A stretch of 64,000 bases of DNA from an uncultured Acidobacteriota bacterium (lineage in GTDB: Bacteria; Acidobacteriota; Vicinamibacteria; Vicinamibacterales; CAVVIG01). This document shows, piece by piece, positions 20,793-29,889 of this stretch (position 1 is the first letter of the stretch; each line of letters starts with the position of its first letter). The DNA is taken from assembly GCA_963757355.1 (NCBI GenBank), contig CAVWRG010000003.1, positions 2,818,165-2,882,164 on the forward strand. The letters run 5' to 3'. The translations under genes were made by a program, and so were the position numbers. The notes under the pieces are model-generated. The model saw only the letters and a list, made by a program, of their open reading frames with translations. It searched no databases and was not told the origin of the DNA.

Positions 20793-22397
20793 ATGGTGGC
20801 GCTCTCCCAGAGGGTGTTTATGCGCTGGCAGACTGCGGCGGTTCTCCTTTGGCTGGCCACGGTGACGCCTCGAGCCGTTATCGCCGCGGGCGTGCTCTCT
20901 GGGTCCGTCGTGGACGACAACAGCGTTCCCCTGACCGGCGCGACGGTCTACCTCCTCGTCGAAAAAGGCGGTTGCCCTTCCGTCGTCACGACGACCGACG
21001 CCAACGGTCGGTTTGAGTTCACGGGGGCTCAGCCTGGCAGTTACCGCGTGAGGGCCGAGAAGACCGGTTATCTCACGCAGATGCTTCGGGACAAGGAAAC
21101 CGGCTCTCACGGCTTCGGGCGGTCAATCGTCTTGACGCCCTCTCATCTGCGCGAGGACGTGGAAGTTGTGTTGCCGCGGGCCGCCGCTACCGTGAGCGGC
21201 ACCGTCTACGGGGAGGACGGCAAGCCGCTACCGAACGGCGGCTGGGTGTTCTTCGAGGACGAGCAACACCACGACGTTCACACAACAGGCCTGCCGAAGG
21301 GGCGGTACTCTGTTTCTAATCTGGCTCGTGGTCGCTACTACATCAGCGCTCAACGGTATTCGTCCGAGGCACACCAGGTTGTCGGCGAGCAATGGTATTA
21401 CCCCGATACTGCGGACAAGGATCAGGCCGCGCTCGTCACCTTGGGCGACGCTCCAGCGTATGTCGACATCCATTTCGGGCAACAACGACCTCCCGCCATC
21501 ACCGTTCGCGTACGGACAGGGCAAGGTCTTCCTGTGGCGCGAGCGGAGGTGTTCGTCGAGCGGCGCGGGGACAGTGCTCAGCAAGCTGGCCGGTTGCCGG
21601 GGAACCGGCCGTGGGAATACGTCCAAGCGCTCCGAACGGACGCCGCCGGCGTCGCGACGCTCCGCAGGTTGAAGGGTGGAAACTACTGCGCATTCGTCGC
21701 GAAAGCGCCTTCCCCGCTTTCGCCGTGGCGAAACACAAACGCGCTGCCCACGTCGCTGGACTACTACGCCATATCTTTTCGGGTCGCCGACGACGGGATA
21801 CCTGTGCATGTTGATTTCGTTGTCACGCCCGGCGAGAGGTTAGAGGGCCGCTTCCTCATGCGCGACGGCACGCGACCGCTCGCGCACGGTGTCACGATTG
21901 ACTTGTTGAGTGCGCCGCTCGTGGGTGGATTTCGCGGCAACATGAGCTTTCGAGTTGAGCCGCGCCGAATCGACGACCTGCAGTTTGAGTTCGAAGGCTT
22001 ATCGCCACACGAGTCGTACTCCGTTCGCGAGTTCGATGCAGACCCGCTTAAGCCGGTGGTCATTGTCGGTCTCCGCATGAACGGTGTGCCGCTGAAGGGG
22101 AATGATATCGTGGCGTCGTCGGTCGACCCAGCGCACCAACTGTTGGAGGTCATTCTGGACTGGGCAGGCACCGTCGCGGGCGCGACCACAGATCACAAAA
22201 CCAGCCGTGTGACGGCGCAGCGCGTTTCCGAAAATATCCCCGCTTCGTTTCCAGCCTCTTTCGTGACGGACGTCATCGACGGCCGCTTCGTGCTCCGCGG
22301 GCTCCCGCCTGGCGCATATGACTTGAGCCTTGAAGGCAGAACCGGGCTGCGAAGGGTTCGTGTCGCGGCGGGCGAAGTGATCGATCTGGTCCTCTAG
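20793..22397 (+). CDS. Carboxypeptidase-regulatory-like domain secreted protein
   Basis: SGSVVDD..PL.GATV, TTDANGRFEF..PGSYRVRAEKTGY; repeated domains. Confidence 0.8.
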   Translation: MVALSQRVFMRWQTAAVLLWLATVTPRAVIAAGVLSGSVVDDNSVPLTGATVYLLVEKGGCPSVVTTTDANGRFEFTGAQPGSYRVRAEKTGYLTQMLRDKETGSHGFGRSIVLTPSHLREDVEVVLPRAAATVSGTVYGEDGKPLPNGGWVFFEDEQHHDVHTTGLPKGRYSVSNLARGRYYISAQRYSSEAHQVVGEQWYYPDTADKDQAALVTLGDAPAYVDIHFGQQRPPAITVRVRTGQGLPVARAEVFVERRGDSAQQAGRLPGNRPWEYVQALRTDAAGVATLRRLKGGNYCAFVAKAPSPLSPWRNTNALPTSLDYYAISFRVADDGIPVHVDFVVTPGERLEGRFLMRDGTRPLAHGVTIDLLSAPLVGGFRGNMSFRVEPRRIDDLQFEFEGLSPHESYSVREFDADPLKPVVIVGLRMNGVPLKGNDIVASSVDPAHQLLEVILDWAGTVAGATTDHKTSRVTAQRVSENIPASFPASFVTDVIDGRFVLRGLPPGAYDLSLEGRTGLRRVRVAAGEVIDLVL

Positions 22398-22414
22398 CGT
22401 GCTGAAGAAGTTGC

Positions 22415-23020
22415 ATGAATCCACTTGCTGCCGGCATGGGCCGTGTCTGTCTGGCTGCTCTCGTGATGGGGAGCGTGCAGGCCGGGCCGTTCGTCTTTGC
22501 GGGATTCCGCCGCGACATGGATCTGGCGACCCTGCTCGATCGGTATCCTCGATCGTCGCACGAGCTGACGCCCGGCGCGGGGGTTCGACACCGCACCTCC
22601 AAGGACGACGAGAAAGCGTGGATGCGCGAGTTCTTCCACTCTCGAGGCTCCGGTACGTACGTTCTTCGCCTCACGCAGATGGAATCGCACGACCGCGTGT
22701 ATTACGTGCAGGCGTGGATTCAGGACGGTGTCACGGAGCGGCTCTGGGTGTCGTTGGAGTTGCCGGTCGAATGGGTCAAGGGGAGAGCGTCGCCGCGAAG
22801 CAATGAGGCACGTTATCCAGCCTGTCACGACGTGTTAGACCCGCTCGTCGTCACCTACGGCCGCCCGGTCACGCTCCCACCAAGCTGGGAAGAGGCTGTT
22901 CAATCATTCACGTACGAATGGATGCATGGATCGGAAATGATGACGCTCGAATGCGGCCAATATCGCGGGCGAAAGGCCGTGTTCGCCATGGGCGTGACGA
23001 TGGCTCGCTCCGGTCGATGA
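22415..23020 (+). CDS. Hypothetical exported protein
   Basis: 201-aa ORF following the previous gene; signal-like N-terminus. Confidence 0.55.
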   Translation: MNPLAAGMGRVCLAALVMGSVQAGPFVFAGFRRDMDLATLLDRYPRSSHELTPGAGVRHRTSKDDEKAWMREFFHSRGSGTYVLRLTQMESHDRVYYVQAWIQDGVTERLWVSLELPVEWVKGRASPRSNEARYPACHDVLDPLVVTYGRPVTLPPSWEEAVQSFTYEWMHGSEMMTLECGQYRGRKAVFAMGVTMARSGR

Positions 23021-23139
23021 ATGCGCGGTAGTCTCCGGTATCGACATACGCGCCGCCGCCGGCGCCGCCAGCTCGGATAGGAAGGGAACCCGTGGCGTAG
23101 GTTGACCGCCGCGGTCACGCGTATTGTGGAGACGGCGTC

Positions 23140-25638
23140 ATGAATGTGAGCAAACAGATCTTTCGCGCGTTCGCCGAAACATTTCTGCAGGACGCGAGGT
23201 TCGCGCTTCGCCTGATGCGGAAGGATGCGGCGTTCAGCGCGATCGCGATCCTGACGATGGCGCTGGGCGTCGGCGCGACCACGGCGGTGTTCAGCGTCGT
23301 GAACGCCATACTCTTGAAGCCGTTGCCGTACCCCTCGGCCGAGGAAATCGTGCTGGTGTGGGCATTGCCGCCGCACGGGGTCAATTATCTAGGGTTCAAC
23401 GAACTTCCGTGGAGCCGCACCGAGTTCCTGACGTTTTCCGGGCAAACGAAGACGTTCGCGTCGCTTGGCGCGTTTGTCGGCGATTCGTTTAACCTGACCG
23501 GCGCTGGTGAACCGATTCGACTCGAAGGCGTTCGCGCGTCCGCCGGTCTGTTCCCGTCGCTCGGCGTCGCGCCGGCTCTCGGGCGCATGTTCACCGCTGA
23601 CGAAGAACGCGGCGGCCGCGACCACGAAGTTGTGTTGAGCCATCGTCTGTGGCTGGAGCGGTTCGGCGGCGATCCCGCCGTTGTGGATCGCAGCGTGAAT
23701 CTGGATGGCGCGGCGTACACCGTCGTGGGCGTGATGCCGCCGGGCTTCGCCTTTCCGCGCGCCGCCGAAATGCCCGGGAGCTTCACACTCCCGAGGGAGG
23801 CGCAGGTGTGGGTACCGCTCGCCCTGCCAGTCGGACCGAGAAAGCGAGGCGAGCCGAGCGAACTCGCCGTCGTCGGCCGTCTTCGCCGCGGAGTGTCAAT
23901 GAACGCTGCGCAGGCTGAACTCGACCTGTTCGCCACCCAGATGGATCGGCAAGTGCCGCAAGCGAAGGGCTGGTTCACCTCAAAGGTCGTCCCGCTCCGG
24001 ACGCAGATTGCCGGCGAGACGGTGCGGCCGCTTCTGCTGATGCTCGCAGCCGTGGGGGTCGTGCTGTTGATTGCGTGTTCCAACATGGCCAACCTGCTGT
24101 TGACGCGATCGATTGCGCGCGCCCGCGAGCTGTCCCTCCGCGCAGCGCTCGGCGCGTCTAACGCACGCCTCGTTCGCCAACTGGTGACTGAAAGTATGCT
24201 GCTATCGATCGCCGGCGGCGCGGCAGGCGCTGTCGTTGCGCTCGCGGGCATTCGATTCGCTCAGAGGTTCGGGCCACCGAACGTTCCGCGGCTTGCAGAC
24301 GTCACGCTTGATTGGCCCGTTCTGGCGTTTGCTCTCGCCGCATCGGCGCTGACCGGCGTTGCGTTCGGGCTCGTGCCGGCTGTCGTCAGCGCCCGCGGCG
24401 CTGCCGGCCAGGCGTTGAAAGAGGGAAGTCTGCGATCGACGGCCGGGACCCGCAGCTCACGGTTGCGCAACGTCCTGCTCGTCGCGGAGGTGGCGCTGGC
24501 GCTTGTTCTCGTGCTCGCCTCGAGCCTCTTGGCCCAGACATTTGTGCACCTGCTGCACGTTGACGCGGGTTTCGATCCCGAGCACGTCGTGACGTTCGAG
24601 ATGACGTTGCCGGCGTCGCGCTACGCGGATCTGGATCGCATCGTGGCGCTCTATCGAACTGCGCTCGAGCGGCTGCGGACACTTCCAGGTGTCGAGGCCG
24701 CCGGCATCGGAGAAACAGTGCCTCTGGCCGGCACTGGCGAGAGCACGGTAGTCCGAATTGCGGGCCGCGCGACGTCGCGCGACCAGGAGCGGCCTTTCGC
24801 CAACTACACCATTGCGTCGCCCGGCTACTTCGCTTCCGTGGGCGCGCCTCTTCTGCGGGGACGAGATTTCAATGAGGCCGACGTGGCCGATTCGATGCCC
24901 GTCGCGATCGTGAACCGGGCGATGGCCGAGAAGTTCTGGCCGGGGCAGACCGCCGTTGGAAAGGCGGTCGGGATGCCAATCGCCTCCTTTGACATGACCA
25001 TCATCGGCGTGGTCGCAAACGTGAAGCACTCATCCGTGCGCGAAGAGGCGACGCCGGAAATGTACGTGCCGTACACGCAGAAGCCATGGCCATCAATGTT
25101 GACGATGCACGCGGTGATCCGGACGCGCGGAGAACCGGCGGCGCTGCTGTCGAGCGTCCGCGGCGCGATCCGCGTGATCGATCCGGATTTGCCACTGGCC
25201 AACATCGCCATGTTGTCGTCCATCGCGGACGGCGCGATGGCACAGGCTCGTTTCTCGATGCTGTTGGTGTCCGCCTTCGGCGCGCTCGCGCTGACGCTCG
25301 CCTGCGTCGGTCTGTACGGCGCCGTCTCTTACGCAGTGCTTGATCGCACGCCCGAGATCGGCATGCGGCTCGCGCTCGGCGCCGGACGTCGACGCATCAT
25401 GGCCATGGTGCTGCTGCAGGCGGCGCGCGTAACCGGCGCGGGCATCGCGATCGGCGTGATGGTCGCGTTCGCGACGTTGCGGATGATGGCGAGTTTTCTG
25501 TACGGAATCGAATCGACTGATGCACTGACGTTCGTCGGCGTGGCTCTGTCCCTCTTGATCGTCGCTTTGCTCGCCTGCTACATTCCGGCCCGGCGAGCCA
25601 CCCGCGTCGATCCGATGGTTGCCATGCGCGGGGAATAA
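23140..25638 (+). CDS. ADOP duplicated ABC permease
   Basis: [43 protein letters not shown]. Confidence 0.95.
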   Translation: MNVSKQIFRAFAETFLQDARFALRLMRKDAAFSAIAILTMALGVGATTAVFSVVNAILLKPLPYPSAEEIVLVWALPPHGVNYLGFNELPWSRTEFLTFSGQTKTFASLGAFVGDSFNLTGAGEPIRLEGVRASAGLFPSLGVAPALGRMFTADEERGGRDHEVVLSHRLWLERFGGDPAVVDRSVNLDGAAYTVVGVMPPGFAFPRAAEMPGSFTLPREAQVWVPLALPVGPRKRGEPSELAVVGRLRRGVSMNAAQAELDLFATQMDRQVPQAKGWFTSKVVPLRTQIAGETVRPLLLMLAAVGVVLLIACSNMANLLLTRSIARARELSLRAALGASNARLVRQLVTESMLLSIAGGAAGAVVALAGIRFAQRFGPPNVPRLADVTLDWPVLAFALAASALTGVAFGLVPAVVSARGAAGQALKEGSLRSTAGTRSSRLRNVLLVAEVALALVLVLASSLLAQTFVHLLHVDAGFDPEHVVTFEMTLPASRYADLDRIVALYRTALERLRTLPGVEAAGIGETVPLAGTGESTVVRIAGRATSRDQERPFANYTIASPGYFASVGAPLLRGRDFNEADVADSMPVAIVNRAMAEKFWPGQTAVGKAVGMPIASFDMTIIGVVANVKHSSVREEATPEMYVPYTQKPWPSMLTMHAVIRTRGEPAALLSSVRGAIRVIDPDLPLANIAMLSSIADGAMAQARFSMLLVSAFGALALTLACVGLYGAVSYAVLDRTPEIGMRLALGAGRRRIMAMVLLQAARVTGAGIAIGVMVAFATLRMMASFLYGIESTDALTFVGVALSLLIVALLACYIPARRATRVDPMVAMRGE

Positions 25639-25642
25639 GGGC

Positions 25643-25741
25643 ATGACGCGCGGAATGTGGGGCTGGCGCTGGCCGGAGCGGCTCGCGCAGGATGCCCGCT
25701 ACACCGTCCGGCTGCTGCGCAGAAATCCCGGCTTCACGACT
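25643..25741 (+). pseudogene. Truncated 5' remnant of another ADOP permease
   Basis: MTRGMWGWRWPERLAQDARYTVRLLRRNPGFTT, then similarity ends. Confidence 0.75.
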
Positions 25742-25780
25742 GAGTACACACCCGGAAGTGGTGAGGACCGATCTCGATTG

Positions 25781-28459
25781 TCACTCGTGCCGCAACGCAA
25801 CCATTGGATCGATCTTCGTTGCCCGTCGCGCCGGAATGTAGCAGGCGAGCAGAGCGGTCCCCACGAGGAGCACTGTCACGCCGCCGAACGTCAGCGGATC
25901 GGTGGCCGTGACGCCGAAGAGCAGCGACTCCACGGCGCGCGTCAGGACGAGTGCCCCGGCAAACCCCGTCGCCACTCCGATGACGATCGTGCGCATCCCT
26001 TGGCCGAGAATCATCTGTAGCACCGCGCCGGTCGAGGCACCGAGCGCGACGCGCACGCCAATTTCGCGCGTGCGGCGGCTGACGGAATACGCCACAACGC
26101 CAAACACCCCACTCGTCGCGAGCAGCATCGCAACGATGGCGAAGAAGCCGATGAGCATGACGTTGAATCGCCGCGAGCCGAGCGACGCGGCGTAGATCTG
26201 CGAGAACGTCCGAAACTTCGTCGGAACCTCTGGGTCGAGACGCTGCAGGATCCCCCGGGCGGCCGCTGTGAGTGACTGTGGGTCCGCATCGCTCAGCATC
26301 GTCACCGTCATTTCCGCGCGGGGCCGCTGGACCATGTTCACGTACACTGTCGGACGTGGCGGCGCATCGAGCCCATATTCGTGCGTGTCGCCGACGATCC
26401 CGACGATTGTCAGCAGGCGCAGGTCGCCATCCATGTTGCCGAACTCAATGGTGTGGCCGATCGGGTCCTGATTCGGCCATCGCTCGCGCGCCAGCGATTC
26501 GGTGATCACAGCGACGTGCGGAGTGTTCGCGCCGTCGCGCCCGTCGAACATGCGCCCGCGAACGAGCGGAATGCCGAGCACCTGGAAGTAGCCCTCCGTG
26601 GCGACGCAGAAATCCGCGCTGCCGACGCGGGCTTTCAGCCGGCCCATCGCCAGCAGATCGTCCACCGTCTTGGGAGCCTCATTTTGGGTCGCCAGGACGA
26701 ACATCCCATCCGGAAGGCCGCCCTCCATCAGCGGCAGCGCGCTCGCCGCGCCGACCTTGCGGACGCCGGGAATTTGCGCGAGCCCGTCAAGCAGCCGCGA
26801 GAAGAACAGCGCCTGGCCGGCTTTGGCGTTCGCATCCGTCAACCACGGCAGGGAGACGTCCATCGCGACGATCTTGTCCACGCGGAACCCGGGATTCACG
26901 TCGAGCACCTTCATCAGGCTGCGTCCGAGCAATCCCGCTCCTACGACGAGCACCATCGTGATCGCCATCTGCGCCGCCACGATGACGCGGCCGACGCGCT
27001 GGCTGCCGTGCGAGCCCGCCTGTCCACGGCCGCCTTCCGAGAGGCTGTCGCGTCCGTCGCCGGAGGTCGCGCGAACGGCGGTGAACGCGCCGAGGCCGGC
27101 CGCGATCGCCGTACACAGGAGGAACGCGAACGCCAGGACGGGAATGCTGATCGTGACGCTGTCCAGCCGCGGTAGATTGGCCGGCGCTGCGGCGACCAAT
27201 CCCGACACGGCCCACAGCGCGCCCAGCAGGCCAAGCGCTCCGCCGACCAGCGACAGAATGAATGCTTCGGTGAGGAATTGGCGGATCAGCCGTCCGCGCC
27301 CCGCGCCGAGCGCACTGCGCACGGCGAGCTCGCGCGCTCTCACCGACGCGTGCGCCAGCAGCAGGTTCGCGACGTTCGCGCAGGCGACCAGCAGCAAAAA
27401 TCCCACCGCGCCGAGCAGGACCAGCAGGGGAGCGCGCGCGGTGCCCGTAATCGAGTCCTGCAGGGGGATGACCATACCGTCTTTGAGGAGGTACTCGCCC
27501 TGCTCGCTCGAGGTATCGTGAATGCGCCGTGCAATCGCGCTGATGTCTCGATTGGCCTGCTCGACAGAGATCCCCTCGCGGAGTCGCGCGACCGCACGGG
27601 AGTTATGCGACGTCCTGCTCGGACTTTCGCCGTCGAGATCGGCCGGCATCCACAGTTCGACGTCCGCGGGGAAACGAAATCCCGCGGGCAGCACGCCGAT
27701 GACAGAGAAGATATTGCCGCCAATCTTCAAATGGGCCTGCGAGAGGTCCCGCGGCGACCCGAGAGCCTGACGCCAGTAACCCTCACTCACCACGACAGTG
27801 CGTGCGACCCCTGTTCTCGAGTCGTCGGCGCTGAACCCTCGTCCGAGGATCGGCTGAGTGCCGAAGACCTTGAAAAAATCGGGCGAAACCACCGCCACCA
27901 TCGTGCGCGTCGGCTGCGACGCGCCCGACACGGACACGACGTAGGCGCTGTATTTCGCAATCGCCTGAAAGCTGTGGCTCTGGTCGCGGAAGTCGTCGAA
28001 GTTCGGATCCGCAAGGCGCGCCGGCCGACCTTTCGAATTGACCTCGAAGACGGCCACGATCTGATTTGGCGCCGGGTATGGCAGCGGCCGCAGCAGCACG
28101 CCGTAAACGACGCTGAAGATGGCCGTCGTCGCGCCGATGCCGAGAGCAAGCGTGAAAACGGCGACCACCGTAAAACCGGGATTCTTGCGGAGCTGGCGAA
28201 GCGCGTAGCGGCAGTCGGCGAGTACGGACTGGAGCCACTGACCGAGGCGTGCGTCGCGAACCTGTTCCTTCACTTGCTCGATCCCCTCGAGCTCGATCCG
28301 TGCGGCACGTTGCGCATCGCCCGCCGCCATGCCCGTTCGCACGTGTTCATCCGTCAACATGTCGAGGTGGGAGCGAATCTCCTCGTCCAAGTCGCGTTCC
28401 AAGCGCCCGGAGGCCAACAGATTTCGCAGAAAGCTTCTGGCCTTCACAAGGAACCACAT
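25781..28459 (-). CDS. ADOP duplicated ABC permease
   Basis: [48 protein letters not shown]. Confidence 0.95.
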   Translation of the reverse strand: MWFLVKARSFLRNLLASGRLERDLDEEIRSHLDMLTDEHVRTGMAAGDAQRAARIELEGIEQVKEQVRDARLGQWLQSVLADCRYALRQLRKNPGFTVVAVFTLALGIGATTAIFSVVYGVLLRPLPYPAPNQIVAVFEVNSKGRPARLADPNFDDFRDQSHSFQAIAKYSAYVVSVSGASQPTRTMVAVVSPDFFKVFGTQPILGRGFSADDSRTGVARTVVVSEGYWRQALGSPRDLSQAHLKIGGNIFSVIGVLPAGFRFPADVELWMPADLDGESPSRTSHNSRAVARLREGISVEQANRDISAIARRIHDTSSEQGEYLLKDGMVIPLQDSITGTARAPLLVLLGAVGFLLLVACANVANLLLAHASVRARELAVRSALGAGRGRLIRQFLTEAFILSLVGGALGLLGALWAVSGLVAAAPANLPRLDSVTISIPVLAFAFLLCTAIAAGLGAFTAVRATSGDGRDSLSEGGRGQAGSHGSQRVGRVIVAAQMAITMVLVVGAGLLGRSLMKVLDVNPGFRVDKIVAMDVSLPWLTDANAKAGQALFFSRLLDGLAQIPGVRKVGAASALPLMEGGLPDGMFVLATQNEAPKTVDDLLAMGRLKARVGSADFCVATEGYFQVLGIPLVRGRMFDGRDGANTPHVAVITESLARERWPNQDPIGHTIEFGNMDGDLRLLTIVGIVGDTHEYGLDAPPRPTVYVNMVQRPRAEMTVTMLSDADPQSLTAAARGILQRLDPEVPTKFRTFSQIYAASLGSRRFNVMLIGFFAIVAMLLATSGVFGVVAYSVSRRTREIGVRVALGASTGAVLQMILGQGMRTIVIGVATGFAGALVLTRAVESLLFGVTATDPLTFGGVTVLLVGTALLACYIPARRATKIDPMVALRHE

Positions 28460-28474
28460 GCGAAACCTGGCTTC

Positions 28475-28822
28475 CTATGCTTCCAACGCTCGAGCGATAG
28501 CTAACGAGATACGGCCCCATTGCTTGGTTTCGACGTCGAGGTGCTTCCGTCCCGCTTTGGTCAAGCGGTAGTACTTCGCGCGGCGGTTGTTCTCAGACTC
28601 GCCCCAGAAAGAGGAAATAGAACCTCCTTCTTCCATCCGGTGCAGCGCGGGAAACAGCGAGCCGGGCTTGACCACAAACGTGCCGCGGGTGATCTGCTGG
28701 ATTCGGCGCGAAATTCCCAATCCGTGCATTTCGCCGGCGACGAGCGATTTCAAGATCAGCAGGTCCAACGTTCCTTGAAGGAGGGCTGCTGGCTGAGACG
28801 TCGAGTCTGCTCCTACAGGCAT
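28475..28822 (-). CDS. PadR family transcriptional regulator, PadR2
   Basis: [12 protein letters not shown]...GSLFPALHRME...SENNRRAKYYRLT. Confidence 0.95.
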   Translation of the reverse strand: MPVGADSTSQPAALLQGTLDLLILKSLVAGEMHGLGISRRIQQITRGTFVVKPGSLFPALHRMEEGGSISSFWGESENNRRAKYYRLTKAGRKHLDVETKQWGRISLAIARALEA

Positions 28823-28871
28823 TCGATATGAACGAATCGTATCGATCCTACATATCGAATGTCAATAGGAG
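28810..28871 (-). promoter_or_regulatory. padR2 inverted-repeat operator pair
   Basis: CTCCTACAGGCATTCGATATG (28810-28830) and CATATCGAATGTCAATAGGAG (28851-28871) are inverted repeats (18/21); one holds the ATG, the other TTGACA. Confidence 0.75.
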
Positions 28872-28986
28872 GTCAGCGCTGACGAAATGCCTATGGTGAT
28901 GTGATTGAGCGTATGAGTCTTCTCTGGGAGATCGCGTGGGCACGAGCGACAACGCTGCGAAGTGCGTCTGGTCCTCGGCCGCGGCG

Positions 28987-29748
28987 TCAGCGCGGATTGA
29001 CGCGGATCGACGGCGGCGCCCGCAGAACGAGCGCATCGTCTCGAACCGCGAGATCGGCGGCGAGCGTTTCCGATGGACAGCAGTTGGGATCCGCGTCGCC
29101 GTAGAAGCCGGCTTCCGCGTGCAGCGTGCGCGCATCGATTCGCACGCCGTGGCGGATCCGTCCTGAATAGCCGGCCGGTAGGTGATCGAGCCACGTCTGC
29201 CGGACTGGAAACCATCGGCCGTCAGGGTGGCGGTGCAGAAAATCCTGGCTGCAGCCGCCGGTGCCGTTGACGCACAACATCACGCTCAAGAGCGCATCGC
29301 CCTCGCTCGTGGCGCCGATTTCAGGCGTGACGGAGCGCCACACCCCATACTCGCCGGTGTCGATGCGCGCGTGCCAGACCGGCCGCACGCGTCCGGGTTG
29401 CACGGCCTCGAAGAGCACGACTTCCTCCTCCTTCGCCGTATCGCGCGCGTCCGTGCCTCTCGCGGCGTCTTCGGCAGTGAAGATCGACACCCACGCGTAA
29501 CGCGCGACCATCCATTTCTCCGGCTGGGCGCCGCCGAGATCTGTGAACTCGGTCACCTCGCATCTGGAGCTCACGAGCGTGTCGCCATGCGGCCCCTGCA
29601 GCCGATCGTTCGGCGGATCGACCGGGAGCGTGAGGCACTCGTGCTGCGCGCGGGTCACCGGAACGACCGCCTGCCCCTTCAGGAGCCCGAGCGGCAGGTT
29701 CGCGGCGGACTGCGCCATCAGCAGAAGGGCGAGACACCAGACGCGCAT
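28987..29748 (-). CDS. Hypothetical secreted protein
   Basis: MRVWCLALLLMAQ signal; CVNGTGGC and DPNCCPS motifs. Confidence 0.7.
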   Translation of the reverse strand: MRVWCLALLLMAQSAANLPLGLLKGQAVVPVTRAQHECLTLPVDPPNDRLQGPHGDTLVSSRCEVTEFTDLGGAQPEKWMVARYAWVSIFTAEDAARGTDARDTAKEEEVVLFEAVQPGRVRPVWHARIDTGEYGVWRSVTPEIGATSEGDALLSVMLCVNGTGGCSQDFLHRHPDGRWFPVRQTWLDHLPAGYSGRIRHGVRIDARTLHAEAGFYGDADPNCCPSETLAADLAVRDDALVLRAPPSIRVNPR

Positions 29749-29889
29749 CACATCCTTATGTATCGGCAGATCTCGCATCAGCTTGCACAAGGCGTCGCCG
29801 CTTTCGACCGACAATGGTTCGCGGCTCGGATGCGTGCTCTACGAGGTCGCGTCGCGTTGACCGCCCCGGAGCCGTGCGAAGGCCACTAC